Assembly (NCBI RefSeq): GCF_000011805.1
Contig: NC_006841.2
Length of the DNA stretch: 32,000 nt
Source of the DNA: Aliivibrio fischeri ES114
GTDB taxonomy: Bacteria; Pseudomonadota; Gammaproteobacteria; Enterobacterales; Vibrionaceae
Strand: one strand, 5' to 3'
The position numbers were made by a program, and so were the translations under genes. This document shows, one piece after another, positions 1 to 9,953 of the stretch. The notes under the pieces were generated by a model that was not told the origin of the DNA, did no database searches, and saw only the letters and a list, made by a program, of their open reading frames with translations. The first letter of the stretch is position 1; each line of letters opens with the position of its first letter.

Positions 1-139
1 TTATTGATTTAGATGTTGTTAATCCCTTCCAGTTAAAAATTTAGTCAAACCTGTTCCATATCAATTTAAACAACAAGAAAACAAACTATAATAGCTTAAA
101 TTACAAGGTCAAATGAGTTAGTTAGGTTTAATTTTAAAT

Positions 140-514
140 ATGCTTTCACACGAAAATCAAGTCTTTTTTACCCTAGGAAACGCACTAAAGGATTGTTACG
201 CATTTGACTCAAATGTTGATAAACTAGTCAAGGAAGGGCTCTCGACTAATGCAATAAACCCTAATATAGTAAGTACATTAGAAGAACACAACAACAATTA
301 TGTTCTTTTTTTAACCTTATTATTAAAAGGACGTATGTCAACTTATACAGATGTAAAAAATGCAATTAATTCAAGAGATTTCTTAATACATCGATTTGCA
401 TACGAAAATTATAATATGTTAGACAATATGTACTATGAAAGAAAATTAATTATATTGATTAAATCGCATCATAAAAACATAATGAAGATAAACCACTTAA
501 TAGAAAAAAAATGA
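140..514 (+). CDS. Hypothetical protein, 124 aa
   Basis: Complete ORF from ATG to TAA; no recognised family. Confidence 0.5.
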   Translation: MLSHENQVFFTLGNALKDCYAFDSNVDKLVKEGLSTNAINPNIVSTLEEHNNNYVLFLTLLLKGRMSTYTDVKNAINSRDFLIHRFAYENYNMLDNMYYERKLIILIKSHHKNIMKINHLIEKK

Positions 515-561
515 TGATTCAATAGCTTCCACCATATTCGAGCCTTGTGGTATATTTAAAT

Positions 562-1632
562 TCAGAACGCTGATAATGCATCACGAGGCTTTGAAAAAAA
601 ATACCCTTGCATATAATTAACCCCTATAGTTCGCATCAGCTCTGCTTGAAATGCAGTTTCAATACCTTCAGCTACAATTTCAACTCCGATATTTTGCATT
701 TCTTTAATTGCTTTTCTTAAAATACAAAAATACAAAACATCAGAACATGCTCTTTTCACTATTGACATACATAACTTAGCAACTTTTGGCTTAACTGTAT
801 TGACAGTTTCAAAATCAAAAAAACCAGATTCAACATCATCAAGCCAAACATCAATCCCTTCATTTTGCAACCTAGAAATAACAAATAAAAAAGGAGGCCA
901 ATAAGTAATAGGTGTATTCTCTGTCAATTCTATTTTCAAACGCTTAACGCCGTATAACACAGCTAAGATAGTTTTATCCAACAATAACAATGGTGACATA
1001 TTAATCGTTAAAAAAGTATCATCTTTCATAGAATTCATTAGTGCTAATGCATTAATAATACAAAGAAATTCGAATTCATATTTAATGTCTTGATTCTTAG
1101 CTTCATCAAATAAATTTTTCGCAGAGAATAAACTCGAATTAGCAGGGCCTCGTGATAAAGCTTCATAACCAACGACTTCATACTTAGGTACCTTAATTAT
1201 TTCTTGGACGTATGTTGTTATTAATTTATTGTCGACTATTTTTTTTAATTCGCCAAAAGAAGTAGAATATAAAAACTCTTTAGCTATCATCTTATTGCAA
1301 AAAAAATAATATTTTTTTTCTTTATAATGAAAATAGTCATACATATTAACCTCTATTCTAGCAAGACGCCGTGTTAGTACACCAAGCACCTCATCACATA
1401 TATTCGCTATACAAGTAATAATTTGGTTTTTGAACGTATAAGTAGGCATAGAACTGCCTCTAACGAGTACATGAAATTCATCGTAACCAAAATCATCTTG
1501 AATTAAAGAAAGCTCACTTTTTTTCTTAACTCTATCTAATATATCCTCCAAAAAAAAAGTCCATCTTATAATCCCAAAGCGTTTAATTAAAGATTCACTT
1601 TCCGTAAATCTAAAAACTATAACTTTATTCAC
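562..1632 (-). CDS. EAL-domain protein (putative c-di-GMP phosphodiesterase) with degenerate GGDEF-like N-terminal region
   Basis: Motifs in translation: GYEALSR, FLTINMSP, ELTENT, WLDDVESG, KLCMSI, VAEGIET, QGYFFSKP, matching the EAL catalytic set. N-terminal 'DDFGYDEFHVLV' resembles a degraded GGDEF signature. Confidence 0.9.
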   Translation of the reverse strand: MNKVIVFRFTESESLIKRFGIIRWTFFLEDILDRVKKKSELSLIQDDFGYDEFHVLVRGSSMPTYTFKNQIITCIANICDEVLGVLTRRLARIEVNMYDYFHYKEKKYYFFCNKMIAKEFLYSTSFGELKKIVDNKLITTYVQEIIKVPKYEVVGYEALSRGPANSSLFSAKNLFDEAKNQDIKYEFEFLCIINALALMNSMKDDTFLTINMSPLLLLDKTILAVLYGVKRLKIELTENTPITYWPPFLFVISRLQNEGIDVWLDDVESGFFDFETVNTVKPKVAKLCMSIVKRACSDVLYFCILRKAIKEMQNIGVEIVAEGIETAFQAELMRTIGVNYMQGYFFSKPRDALSAF

Positions 1633-1785
1633 TTTTATCTCTCATCAATTTTAAAATTAATATCATTAAATCTTAAAATAACAAATTTTAATAACACCAT
1701 TATGCATAATTCAACACATAAAACGCATAGATTCTATATTGATTTTTAGTTTGTCCTACATGCTAATAGACATAATTACTAAATA

Positions 1786-2679
1786 TTGATATATTTATCA
1801 TTACCTACATTACTTACATTAACATATATGCTCTTATTAACCGCAACATCCAATCAAGAATTAGCTACTTGGAATAAGAAAATAACTACATTTTCTTTGG
1901 CTAGATCTATTTCTACAAATAATAAGATAATAGATTACAAATTTAATTTAGAATCATTACCAAATGGTTTGAAATTCTCCATTTTATTAGCAGAAAATTT
2001 CAAGATTAAAATTGAAAGTAAAAATGGTTATTTTATGTTAATAAGCACTATAAACCCTATAAATTGGAACTCAGAAAACAATTTAGGATACAGTGACTTA
2101 TTTATAATAAACTGCAAAAATGAAATTAACATCTATTCGACTAATAATGAACAAATAAAAACTATCCTAATCCCTAATACTTTACTTTCAAAAAATGCAA
2201 GCCAATTAATTAATAATGGCGTTGATTTGCTACACAATAAATCAAGCATCAAAAAGATACTTAACACAATGGTTACATTTAAAGATAAATGTCTTTTAGA
2301 ATGGGGGGTACATGGCATAATCGTATTAATTGAAGACTGGGAACCCTATTATAATGGAAAATATTCTTATGATAAAATCATAAGTAAAATTGAAGACAAT
2401 TACTTAAATAAAAACTACTCATTAACTAATTTAGCTGAAGAAACTTACATATCAAAACGTACTATACAATTAATATTAAATAAAAAAAAAACCACTTTTA
2501 AAAAAACATTAAATAATCGACGATCTATACATATGCATAAATTAATTAACAAAAATCCCAACATCACTTTAGAGGATGCAAGTTATCATTCTGGTTTTTC
2601 TTCTTATCAAACAGCAAAAAGAAATTTTTCAACATTTTATGGCATCACACCTAAATTATATAAAAAAATAGAATGCTAA
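1786..2679 (+). CDS. AraC-family transcriptional regulator (TTG start in track)
   Basis: C-terminal double HTH: 'NYSLTNLAEETYISKRTIQLILNKKK...ITLEDASYHSGFSSYQTAKRNFSTFYGITPKLYKK'. The exact start is uncertain. Confidence 0.85.
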   Translation: MIYLSLPTLLTLTYMLLLTATSNQELATWNKKITTFSLARSISTNNKIIDYKFNLESLPNGLKFSILLAENFKIKIESKNGYFMLISTINPINWNSENNLGYSDLFIINCKNEINIYSTNNEQIKTILIPNTLLSKNASQLINNGVDLLHNKSSIKKILNTMVTFKDKCLLEWGVHGIIVLIEDWEPYYNGKYSYDKIISKIEDNYLNKNYSLTNLAEETYISKRTIQLILNKKKTTFKKTLNNRRSIHMHKLINKNPNITLEDASYHSGFSSYQTAKRNFSTFYGITPKLYKKIEC

Positions 2680-2698
2680 CTTCTTAAAAACTTGTTTA

Positions 2699-5600
2699 TC
2701 AATCAAAGTCACCATACAGAGTTAGTGGATTAACAGGCATGGCTATTGGTTGCCAACGATCGGTAAACGTATATTTAGCATAGAAAAGTAAATGGTTTGG
2801 TTCATAGAAATCCGAACGCTGAATATCGACGGCGGCACCTAAATACCAACGCTTACTAATTCTTTTCTCTACTGCTGCCTCTAAAGAAAAACCAAAGCCA
2901 CCACCACGACTTGAACCAAGCGTTGCCCCTTCAACATATGGGTCATCTTCTTTTGTCCAAGAGTTTGAAATTGATCCACTGACTAAATATGAAAGACTAT
3001 TATTAATACGTTCATAATAATTGACAGGAATAGAAACAGAGAAATAATCCTGAGGGCTATAATAACCGCCATATCCGTAGGCATATTCACTCAAATTCTT
3101 ATCATAATTTAGATACATCAAATTTAAGCCTAAACTTAACCGTTTATCGTTGTCGTTGATTATTTTCCAATATGTACCGCCCAATAAGCCTAGACGAGTA
3201 TTATCCTCTACTGATTTGCCTGTCATTTTATGAAATTGAGCACTTGCCCAATAACCAACATCACCACCTAAATCGTAACTACCACCAAGCTTAATACCGG
3301 TTTTCATCACTCCGCCCCATTCCTCACCTTGATGATTTGAAACGGTATCAGGCACCGTCATACCTGCATAAGAAAGAGTGCTGCTTGTTTCTGAACGGCG
3401 AGATAATGTCGCTTTCCATCCAATGTCGCCTAGATCGCCAGAAAGATTCAAACCACCAACAATATTTTGTTGGTCAAACCCTATAGGAGTTGTTCCAATA
3501 TCGGCACTCCATGAATCAGCTAACCACCCAATACCGAAGGCGGTACCGGTATCTTTCTCATTCATTCTTGTTGTTGGATTATAGTAATCAATATCGCCAG
3601 AATTCAGATGCACTACATCGGCTCTAAGTTGCAGATGCCCATCGTATTCAGGCATTGGAATAATTGCTTCTACTGGTATTTGAACGGACTTGTTTACTCC
3701 TTCACGAGCACTGTAATCAACACCAAAAGAAACATACCCTTGCTTGCGCGCATCAATATAATCAATATCTGATTTTACATTTCGAGTTAGCCAGTTATCA
3801 TCAGCGTTATCATATAAATGTCGAAGCGGCATATCTTTAGGGTCGTCTTTATCCTTAATCTGAGCGTCATCTTGACCAACCGTCGGACCGCCTTGCGGGT
3901 CTAAAGCATCTTCAATAAGGGCCAATTTAGCCATATCTTTAGCTAAACCCCAATCGTGCTGAGTCATGGCTACAGACGTTCCATCCCGATAATCAATAGC
4001 ATCACTATCTTGTTTATTACTTAATCCTTTAACCAAAAGTGAAGCTTCTTGTTGATGCCCATATCTTGATAGTATTCCTGCAAGTTCAACGCTATTACGA
4101 CTAGATAACGCTTTTTCCTCACTGTACAAATGCAATGCTAAGGGAAGAACGGTCTCTTCTTTTCCTAAAGCTTCTCGAGTTTTAATAACACCTAATAATG
4201 CATCATGCTGATACTGAGAATGCAATTGGCTTGCTAGAGAGTAATAATACTCGGCCTCTTCATACTGTTCATTTTTATAAGCGTACTCTGCAAACAACAA
4301 ATCTCGACGTATCGCTTGATCAATGGTTAGATTGTCATGAATTTCAGTATTGAGCGCTTGCTGCCAAGCCTCAAATTCAGAGTTTTGCTCAAATTTAAAC
4401 AATAATTCACCATAATGAAGTTGAGTTTCCATCTCCCACTCATTAGTAGGATGTATCGTATCTAAACTTTTTACGGCTTTCTCAGAAAAACCAAGTTGAT
4501 ACTGAATATCAATCAGAGACATGGTTGCATCTGGGTTAGATGAATATTTTATTTTTAAGCGTTCAATTTCTCGCTCGGCAGCATCAGGATCATCCTTAGC
4601 CAATACATACAGAGATCCGAATGTTTGACTCATCTCCAATCGGTTTAAATTAGATGTCATTGCATCACTGCGTTTTTCTTTTGATATTGCAGTAAGTTGA
4701 TTTATTGCTTCTGGGGTATTTCCATGTCTTGCAAGATATAGCGCATAAGCAAATTTCATTTCAGGAGTCGGCGTTTCTATCGACCAGGTTTGCATTTGCT
4801 TATCAGCACGCTGCTCTTGACCAATTAAATGAAGTGAATCTGCAATATCACTACGTAACCACGGTGATGTAGGAGGGTCTGAAAGCAATTTATCTACGAT
4901 AGTATTAGCCGTTACTGTATCACCGCGCTTCATGGCTTGATTTAATTCAGCCATCTGCATCGATATTTCAACTTCATGAAAGCGTTCTGCTAATACTTTT
5001 TGAGCATTTTTTGGTAATTTACGTCCACTTACTAACGCCTGCTTTTCGCCATAAAGTGCGATATTTACATTAAACCAACCTCGTAATGCGGTTTCATCAA
5101 GACTATTTTTACTCAACGCTATTTTATAATAACGAAGGGCTTCTTCATTATCGTGTTGAACTAAAGCTAACTCGGCTAAATAGTTATAAGCATAAGGGTC
5201 ATCTGGCTCAAACTTAACCGCTTGGTGATATTTTCTACTTGCACCATCAAAATCCCCTCTCTTCATTTTTTTCTCACCTACCTCAAGGTAAGACCAATAA
5301 CTAGAAGAACTAATCAGTCCATTCCATTTATCTACATTTCGAAGATCTTTATCGTATTTTTTAGCTTTTTGAAAATAAGATAATGCAGCCTCTTGCTGAC
5401 CTAAACGCAAATAAGTCATGCCTAGCGCACCTAAAATTTCAGGATCATTCGGGCGTGCTTTTAACGCTATAAATAGTTTTTGCTGTGCATTTCGGTAATG
5501 ACCACTTTCAAGCTCTTTTAAGCCATCTAATTTAGCCATATAACGTGGATCTTTTCTTAGTTCTTTTTCTTTAGCTAATCGTTCTTTTGCTTCTATCCAT

Positions 5601-6433
5601 GCTTTTTTATACTTAGTATTTGATGGGAAATAGCTAGCTAAAATGGCATATTGCACAACGACATCATCGGTTATGTATGTATCATCTAAACGAGATAACC
5701 ATAATGTTCCAGCGCTATTACTTACAGAAGGTTCAAGAGAAAGGCGCTGTAATAGCTGCATTGCTTCAGGGTTAGAAGGGTTTCCACGTGAAATATGTTC
5801 AGCATACGCTAATTGGAAATCAGGTACACCTGGGTGTTCTTGATTTAGTTTTTTTAAGCCGAATAATACTTCTCGTTCATGCCCCTCAACTCCTGATTCA
5901 ATTTTCAAATATTGAAGCTGAATCTCAGGTGTTGGCATACCATTCGGAAACAGTTTTTTTAACCCATTTAATGCCTGTTTATTTCGTCCAGATCGCGCTT
6001 GCAGCATAATTTGCTGATATGCAGCCTTGTTATCCCCATAAAGCGAGAGTACATCGTTAAGCTGTCTAGTAACTTTTGATTTTGGGTGCTTTTTCTGTAA
6101 TTTTTTTAAAATTAACGTCGCTTGATCAACTTGACCTGATTTGGCCAAGTATTGCGCCTGAAAACTTAACCCTTCTGCATTTTCAGGATCAATAGCAAAT
6201 AACCGCTTCAACGTAGTTTGTGTAATATCAGGGCGATGAAGCAACTGTGCATAAGTTAATTGTTTAATTAACCATGCTTTAGATTGAACCTCTGATACAT
6301 CTTGTTGAAATACAATTGGCTCATGGTTATTGATATCTCGATTCAATGATACAGCAGAAACTGGCGATGAATACATAGCCCCCAGCATAGCAAAAGAAAC
6401 AAATTGTTTAAGGCGGTATTTGCTTACTGACAT
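2699..6433 (-). CDS. bcsC: Cellulose synthase subunit BcsC (TPR scaffold plus outer-membrane beta-barrel)
   Basis: 1244 aa, signal peptide, many TPR-like repeats, C-terminal barrel domain; last gene of the bcs operon and overlaps bcsZ. Confidence 0.95.
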   Translation of the reverse strand: MSVSKYRLKQFVSFAMLGAMYSSPVSAVSLNRDINNHEPIVFQQDVSEVQSKAWLIKQLTYAQLLHRPDITQTTLKRLFAIDPENAEGLSFQAQYLAKSGQVDQATLILKKLQKKHPKSKVTRQLNDVLSLYGDNKAAYQQIMLQARSGRNKQALNGLKKLFPNGMPTPEIQLQYLKIESGVEGHEREVLFGLKKLNQEHPGVPDFQLAYAEHISRGNPSNPEAMQLLQRLSLEPSVSNSAGTLWLSRLDDTYITDDVVVQYAILASYFPSNTKYKKAWIEAKERLAKEKELRKDPRYMAKLDGLKELESGHYRNAQQKLFIALKARPNDPEILGALGMTYLRLGQQEAALSYFQKAKKYDKDLRNVDKWNGLISSSSYWSYLEVGEKKMKRGDFDGASRKYHQAVKFEPDDPYAYNYLAELALVQHDNEEALRYYKIALSKNSLDETALRGWFNVNIALYGEKQALVSGRKLPKNAQKVLAERFHEVEISMQMAELNQAMKRGDTVTANTIVDKLLSDPPTSPWLRSDIADSLHLIGQEQRADKQMQTWSIETPTPEMKFAYALYLARHGNTPEAINQLTAISKEKRSDAMTSNLNRLEMSQTFGSLYVLAKDDPDAAEREIERLKIKYSSNPDATMSLIDIQYQLGFSEKAVKSLDTIHPTNEWEMETQLHYGELLFKFEQNSEFEAWQQALNTEIHDNLTIDQAIRRDLLFAEYAYKNEQYEEAEYYYSLASQLHSQYQHDALLGVIKTREALGKEETVLPLALHLYSEEKALSSRNSVELAGILSRYGHQQEASLLVKGLSNKQDSDAIDYRDGTSVAMTQHDWGLAKDMAKLALIEDALDPQGGPTVGQDDAQIKDKDDPKDMPLRHLYDNADDNWLTRNVKSDIDYIDARKQGYVSFGVDYSAREGVNKSVQIPVEAIIPMPEYDGHLQLRADVVHLNSGDIDYYNPTTRMNEKDTGTAFGIGWLADSWSADIGTTPIGFDQQNIVGGLNLSGDLGDIGWKATLSRRSETSSTLSYAGMTVPDTVSNHQGEEWGGVMKTGIKLGGSYDLGGDVGYWASAQFHKMTGKSVEDNTRLGLLGGTYWKIINDNDKRLSLGLNLMYLNYDKNLSEYAYGYGGYYSPQDYFSVSIPVNYYERINNSLSYLVSGSISNSWTKEDDPYVEGATLGSSRGGGFGFSLEAAVEKRISKRWYLGAAVDIQRSDFYEPNHLLFYAKYTFTDRWQPIAMPVNPLTLYGDFD

Positions 6434-7602
6434 ACATTAACCCACTTAGGAGTAACGCTGCCATCATCATTAAAAGAGTATAAATCTTGATACCAGCCAA
6501 GGCCGAATAAAGTCAGCACACTGTTATAGTAATAATCACTTTCAATCTTCGACAATTCTGCTTGGATCTTTTTCTCATATTCAACGGCATTTGTATTTGA
6601 ATCTAACGAAGATAATAAAGGCAAAATAGCTGCGTTCATTCCGACGCCACCTTGATTTTTACCTTTTCCTGTTAGCACATTTATTGTCTCAGGCATGCCT
6701 TTATTTCTTTCTATAACACGAACTAATGGCTTCATTTTATCAAGTAACAATGCTTTATTAGGGTCGCTATCTGGTAGCATTCCTGCCCATAAATACACTC
6801 TAATCGCATTATAGCTGCCAACACTTTGGGTCTTTGAATCTTTTTTAAATTGAGTTTTATCCCACTCAACCCAATCAGGACTATAGCCTTTTGGCATGGT
6901 TTCTTTTAGTAATTTTGCGCTTGATTGATATATTTCTTCCCATTGGTAGCTAGGGAAAACCGTATTCATTCGAGTTAGCAACTGCAATGGGACGTAGCTT
7001 GGGTTTAATCGAACATGATTTTTACCCAATACAAATCCCACTTTTCCTGGCAATAATACCGTTCCAAGACCTGACACTTTGATGGTTTCGTCACGTAAAA
7101 TTCGACTAGCCAGTAAATGTCCAAGAGATTGATAATAATGGTTATCCCACAATCTTCCGGCTTCGAGTAGACTATAAGCAATCCATAAATCTGAGTCAGC
7201 TGCTGAGTTTGAGTCTAAAATACCTTGCGAGCCATCAGGTTGCCTTCCCCATAACCAAGCAGGGAGTTGTGCTGTTAGATCCCCCCCAGCTAAATGCAAC
7301 TCAGTCCAACCAAGTAATTCATCAAATGTTTTTTTATCATTCGCAATTAATGCAAAAAATAGAGCATAAGATTGACCTTCTGATGTCGTTATTAAACGAG
7401 GATCACTGTTATCAACGACTCGACCATTCTCTATATAATGTTGTTTAAAGCTTTCCCATTGCCCCCATTCACACTGATTCTCTTTTGTTAGTGCGGCAGA
7501 TGAAACGATTGGGGTTGTGTAATTTTCATCTTGAGCAATAGCTGAAGAAGAGCAAGTTAACGTGCCAATTAATAGACTCAATACCGTTAATTGCATTTTC
7601 AT
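6424..7602 (-). CDS. bcsZ: Periplasmic endoglucanase BcsZ (GH8)
   Basis: Signal peptide; 'TSEGQSYALFFAL' and 'NSAADSDLWIAYSLLEAGRLW' GH8 motifs; operon position. Confidence 0.95.
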   Translation of the reverse strand: MKMQLTVLSLLIGTLTCSSSAIAQDENYTTPIVSSAALTKENQCEWGQWESFKQHYIENGRVVDNSDPRLITTSEGQSYALFFALIANDKKTFDELLGWTELHLAGGDLTAQLPAWLWGRQPDGSQGILDSNSAADSDLWIAYSLLEAGRLWDNHYYQSLGHLLASRILRDETIKVSGLGTVLLPGKVGFVLGKNHVRLNPSYVPLQLLTRMNTVFPSYQWEEIYQSSAKLLKETMPKGYSPDWVEWDKTQFKKDSKTQSVGSYNAIRVYLWAGMLPDSDPNKALLLDKMKPLVRVIERNKGMPETINVLTGKGKNQGGVGMNAAILPLLSSLDSNTNAVEYEKKIQAELSKIESDYYYNSVLTLFGLGWYQDLYSFNDDGSVTPKWVNVCQ

Positions 7603-9953
7603 TATTCATCTTCCTCTGTGTTTAAACGATTTTTGGCGATACGGCGAAGTACTCTAAATAAAATAATTGTGACCATTACAACTAATAAGGCGGCAAGCAA
7701 AGCCATCACTAACGGGTGTTTTGAAAAGTGGTACCAAATCAACTGAGAAATCGGTAATTCACCTACGTAGTAATGTTCTCCTACATTAAAACTGGCTACC
7801 TCATCATCTCGTAAGGTAATAACAGAACCAAACATAGCCGACACTTTGCCGCTGTCATTTAATGCTTCATTGACCAATGCAAATGATTCTGGTGTCTGTG
7901 CTAAAACGCTCACAATGGTACGTTGTGATGTATATGGTGACTCCATACTGGTGATAGCCGCAAAGTTACCTGTCGTATTAATACTTACTGAATCAGAAAC
8001 CTGTTGGTTTTTACCTGACGAAGCTCCCCAATTTTGTCCTTTTTGAGTCTCATTCTTGCTTGGTAACTGAACAATACGATTCGATGCAACTAATTGAATA
8101 TTTTCAATTTTCTCTTTATTAATAGACGCTAACTCTGGCGTCATTCCTATGGTTAAGATATCTTTATCTTCAAGGTCACTTTCATTCCAATTATCAGTTA
8201 AAGCGACATTTAATACTGAGTAACCAGTATGAGAACCAAATACCCCCATCATATTAACGAAAGTCTGGATTTCTTCTGTACTTGGCTGCTTAGGTAATAC
8301 AACAACCGTTTCAGATAAATCAGCCATTCGTGTAAATGGATAGCCCGAATTAGCAAAAGCACGCATGTTCGGCATTTCTATATAATGAGAGAAACCTGAA
8401 AAATCGATGGTCGAATCTGAATTGATTACCGCATAATTCTTACTTGGTTGCATGGTTTGACACTGATCTTTACCACCAACAGAAGAAGCGAAACCAAATT
8501 CAAATTTAACTTCATTTTTACTGCCCACTTGGAAAGCAGGAATACGAACCACTTGACCATTCCCTAATAAATCATCGTCTAGCAAAGGAAGTCTCAAGTG
8601 GGTATTATCATTTGATTCACCTGACGTATTTAAATTAAACGCTTTTACAAATTGATTGTTAACACTAAGACTCATTCTAGAGCCAGAGTGATCTCTTAGT
8701 GGTGGCGTATAACGATAATTTAAGTCAAATGGGATCCCGTTACTTTGCCAAGTAAATAAATCAGGCGGCAATCTAAAGTGAAGAGAAATAGGTGGCGGAT
8801 TTTGCCCTTCCACTTGTAATGTCATGCCTTCAGTTAATAGTTCTGATAACGCAACAGGTCTGTCTGTATTTATCCAATTGGGCGCGTCATAAGGAATACG
8901 AGGAACTAATTGCTCTGCAGAATTAATTTTTGCCGATGGTCCTGTAAGTAGATCTTGCCCTAAAGCTAGTCCTTTCACGGCAGTAATTAAATCTTCACTA
9001 TCTCGTCCCATAATCAGCAATAATTTAACGTAAGGATCTGCTGGATGAGAAATCATTTGAATACGAGGACCATCAGCGTCAGGGAAATCACGTAAAAAAT
9101 CAGGTTTGCTATCATTAGTGATAAAAACAATCGCATCATTTTTTGGCAATTGATCATCTAATATTGGAAAACTTGCTCCACGCCATTGAGCTAACGCACC
9201 AAAATAAGATGAAGCAATACCCGCAGCTTTAATTTCATTAAGATCAAGCTTCTCACCAAATACCATTGGTAAATTGACATGCTTCATGTCTCTTGAATCA
9301 AAAAATGGCGCTGGTAATAAACTTAGATCGTTATTAATTTTTGTTTTTTGAGTCGCTAATGTAATCGTACTTTGAGAGCTGATTTCAGTCCAAATACTGT
9401 TATCATTTGGATTACTACATGACATAGAGGCATTACCAACCAATTCAAATTTTAGTTGGTTAAAATCAGTGAACAAACGCGGATCGAGCTCAAGATCAAC
9501 ATCCCCTTTCTGACCTTGCATACCATCAGAAATAGCAACAACCCCAGCCAATTGGTTATTAAAATACACCTTTATATGTGAAACCATAGAAAGCAATGCT
9601 GGTGATGGCGTAAAATCAAAATGAAGAGAGGCTTTAGACACAACCTCATCTAAACGTGAGCCAAAACCAATATAAGCGGTACTTTCACTCCCCTGCAATC
9701 GGATTGATTCTCCATAACCAAGATCACCAAAACTAAACGTTTTTTTCGTAATAATTGAGGATGCTTGTGATGTTTGTATTATTCCATTTTGTAATGGAGC
9801 ATTGTCACTATGAGCTGTAGCCACCGATGCATTTACACCCGAGCTCATAAGACCTATTGCTACTGCAAAAACGCTTATTTTTGTTTTAATCGACATAACT
9901 GATTGCACTCTAAAAATTGACTTTTTTTGGTTTAAATGTGAGTAAGAACTCAC
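7602..9953 (-). CDS. bcsB: Cellulose synthase regulatory subunit BcsB
   Basis: 783 aa, signal peptide, C-terminal TM helix; between bcsA and bcsZ. The likely true start is the internal ATG at 9896 (MSIKTK...). Confidence 0.93.
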   Translation of the reverse strand: MSSYSHLNQKKSIFRVQSVMSIKTKISVFAVAIGLMSSGVNASVATAHSDNAPLQNGIIQTSQASSIITKKTFSFGDLGYGESIRLQGSESTAYIGFGSRLDEVVSKASLHFDFTPSPALLSMVSHIKVYFNNQLAGVVAISDGMQGQKGDVDLELDPRLFTDFNQLKFELVGNASMSCSNPNDNSIWTEISSQSTITLATQKTKINNDLSLLPAPFFDSRDMKHVNLPMVFGEKLDLNEIKAAGIASSYFGALAQWRGASFPILDDQLPKNDAIVFITNDSKPDFLRDFPDADGPRIQMISHPADPYVKLLLIMGRDSEDLITAVKGLALGQDLLTGPSAKINSAEQLVPRIPYDAPNWINTDRPVALSELLTEGMTLQVEGQNPPPISLHFRLPPDLFTWQSNGIPFDLNYRYTPPLRDHSGSRMSLSVNNQFVKAFNLNTSGESNDNTHLRLPLLDDDLLGNGQVVRIPAFQVGSKNEVKFEFGFASSVGGKDQCQTMQPSKNYAVINSDSTIDFSGFSHYIEMPNMRAFANSGYPFTRMADLSETVVVLPKQPSTEEIQTFVNMMGVFGSHTGYSVLNVALTDNWNESDLEDKDILTIGMTPELASINKEKIENIQLVASNRIVQLPSKNETQKGQNWGASSGKNQQVSDSVSINTTGNFAAITSMESPYTSQRTIVSVLAQTPESFALVNEALNDSGKVSAMFGSVITLRDDEVASFNVGEHYYVGELPISQLIWYHFSKHPLVMALLAALLVVMVTIILFRVLRRIAKNRLNTEEDE

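Noticed and set aside
2133-2318. 61 aa minus-strand ORF inside the AraC gene
   Set aside because: Lies entirely antisense to a well-supported gene.
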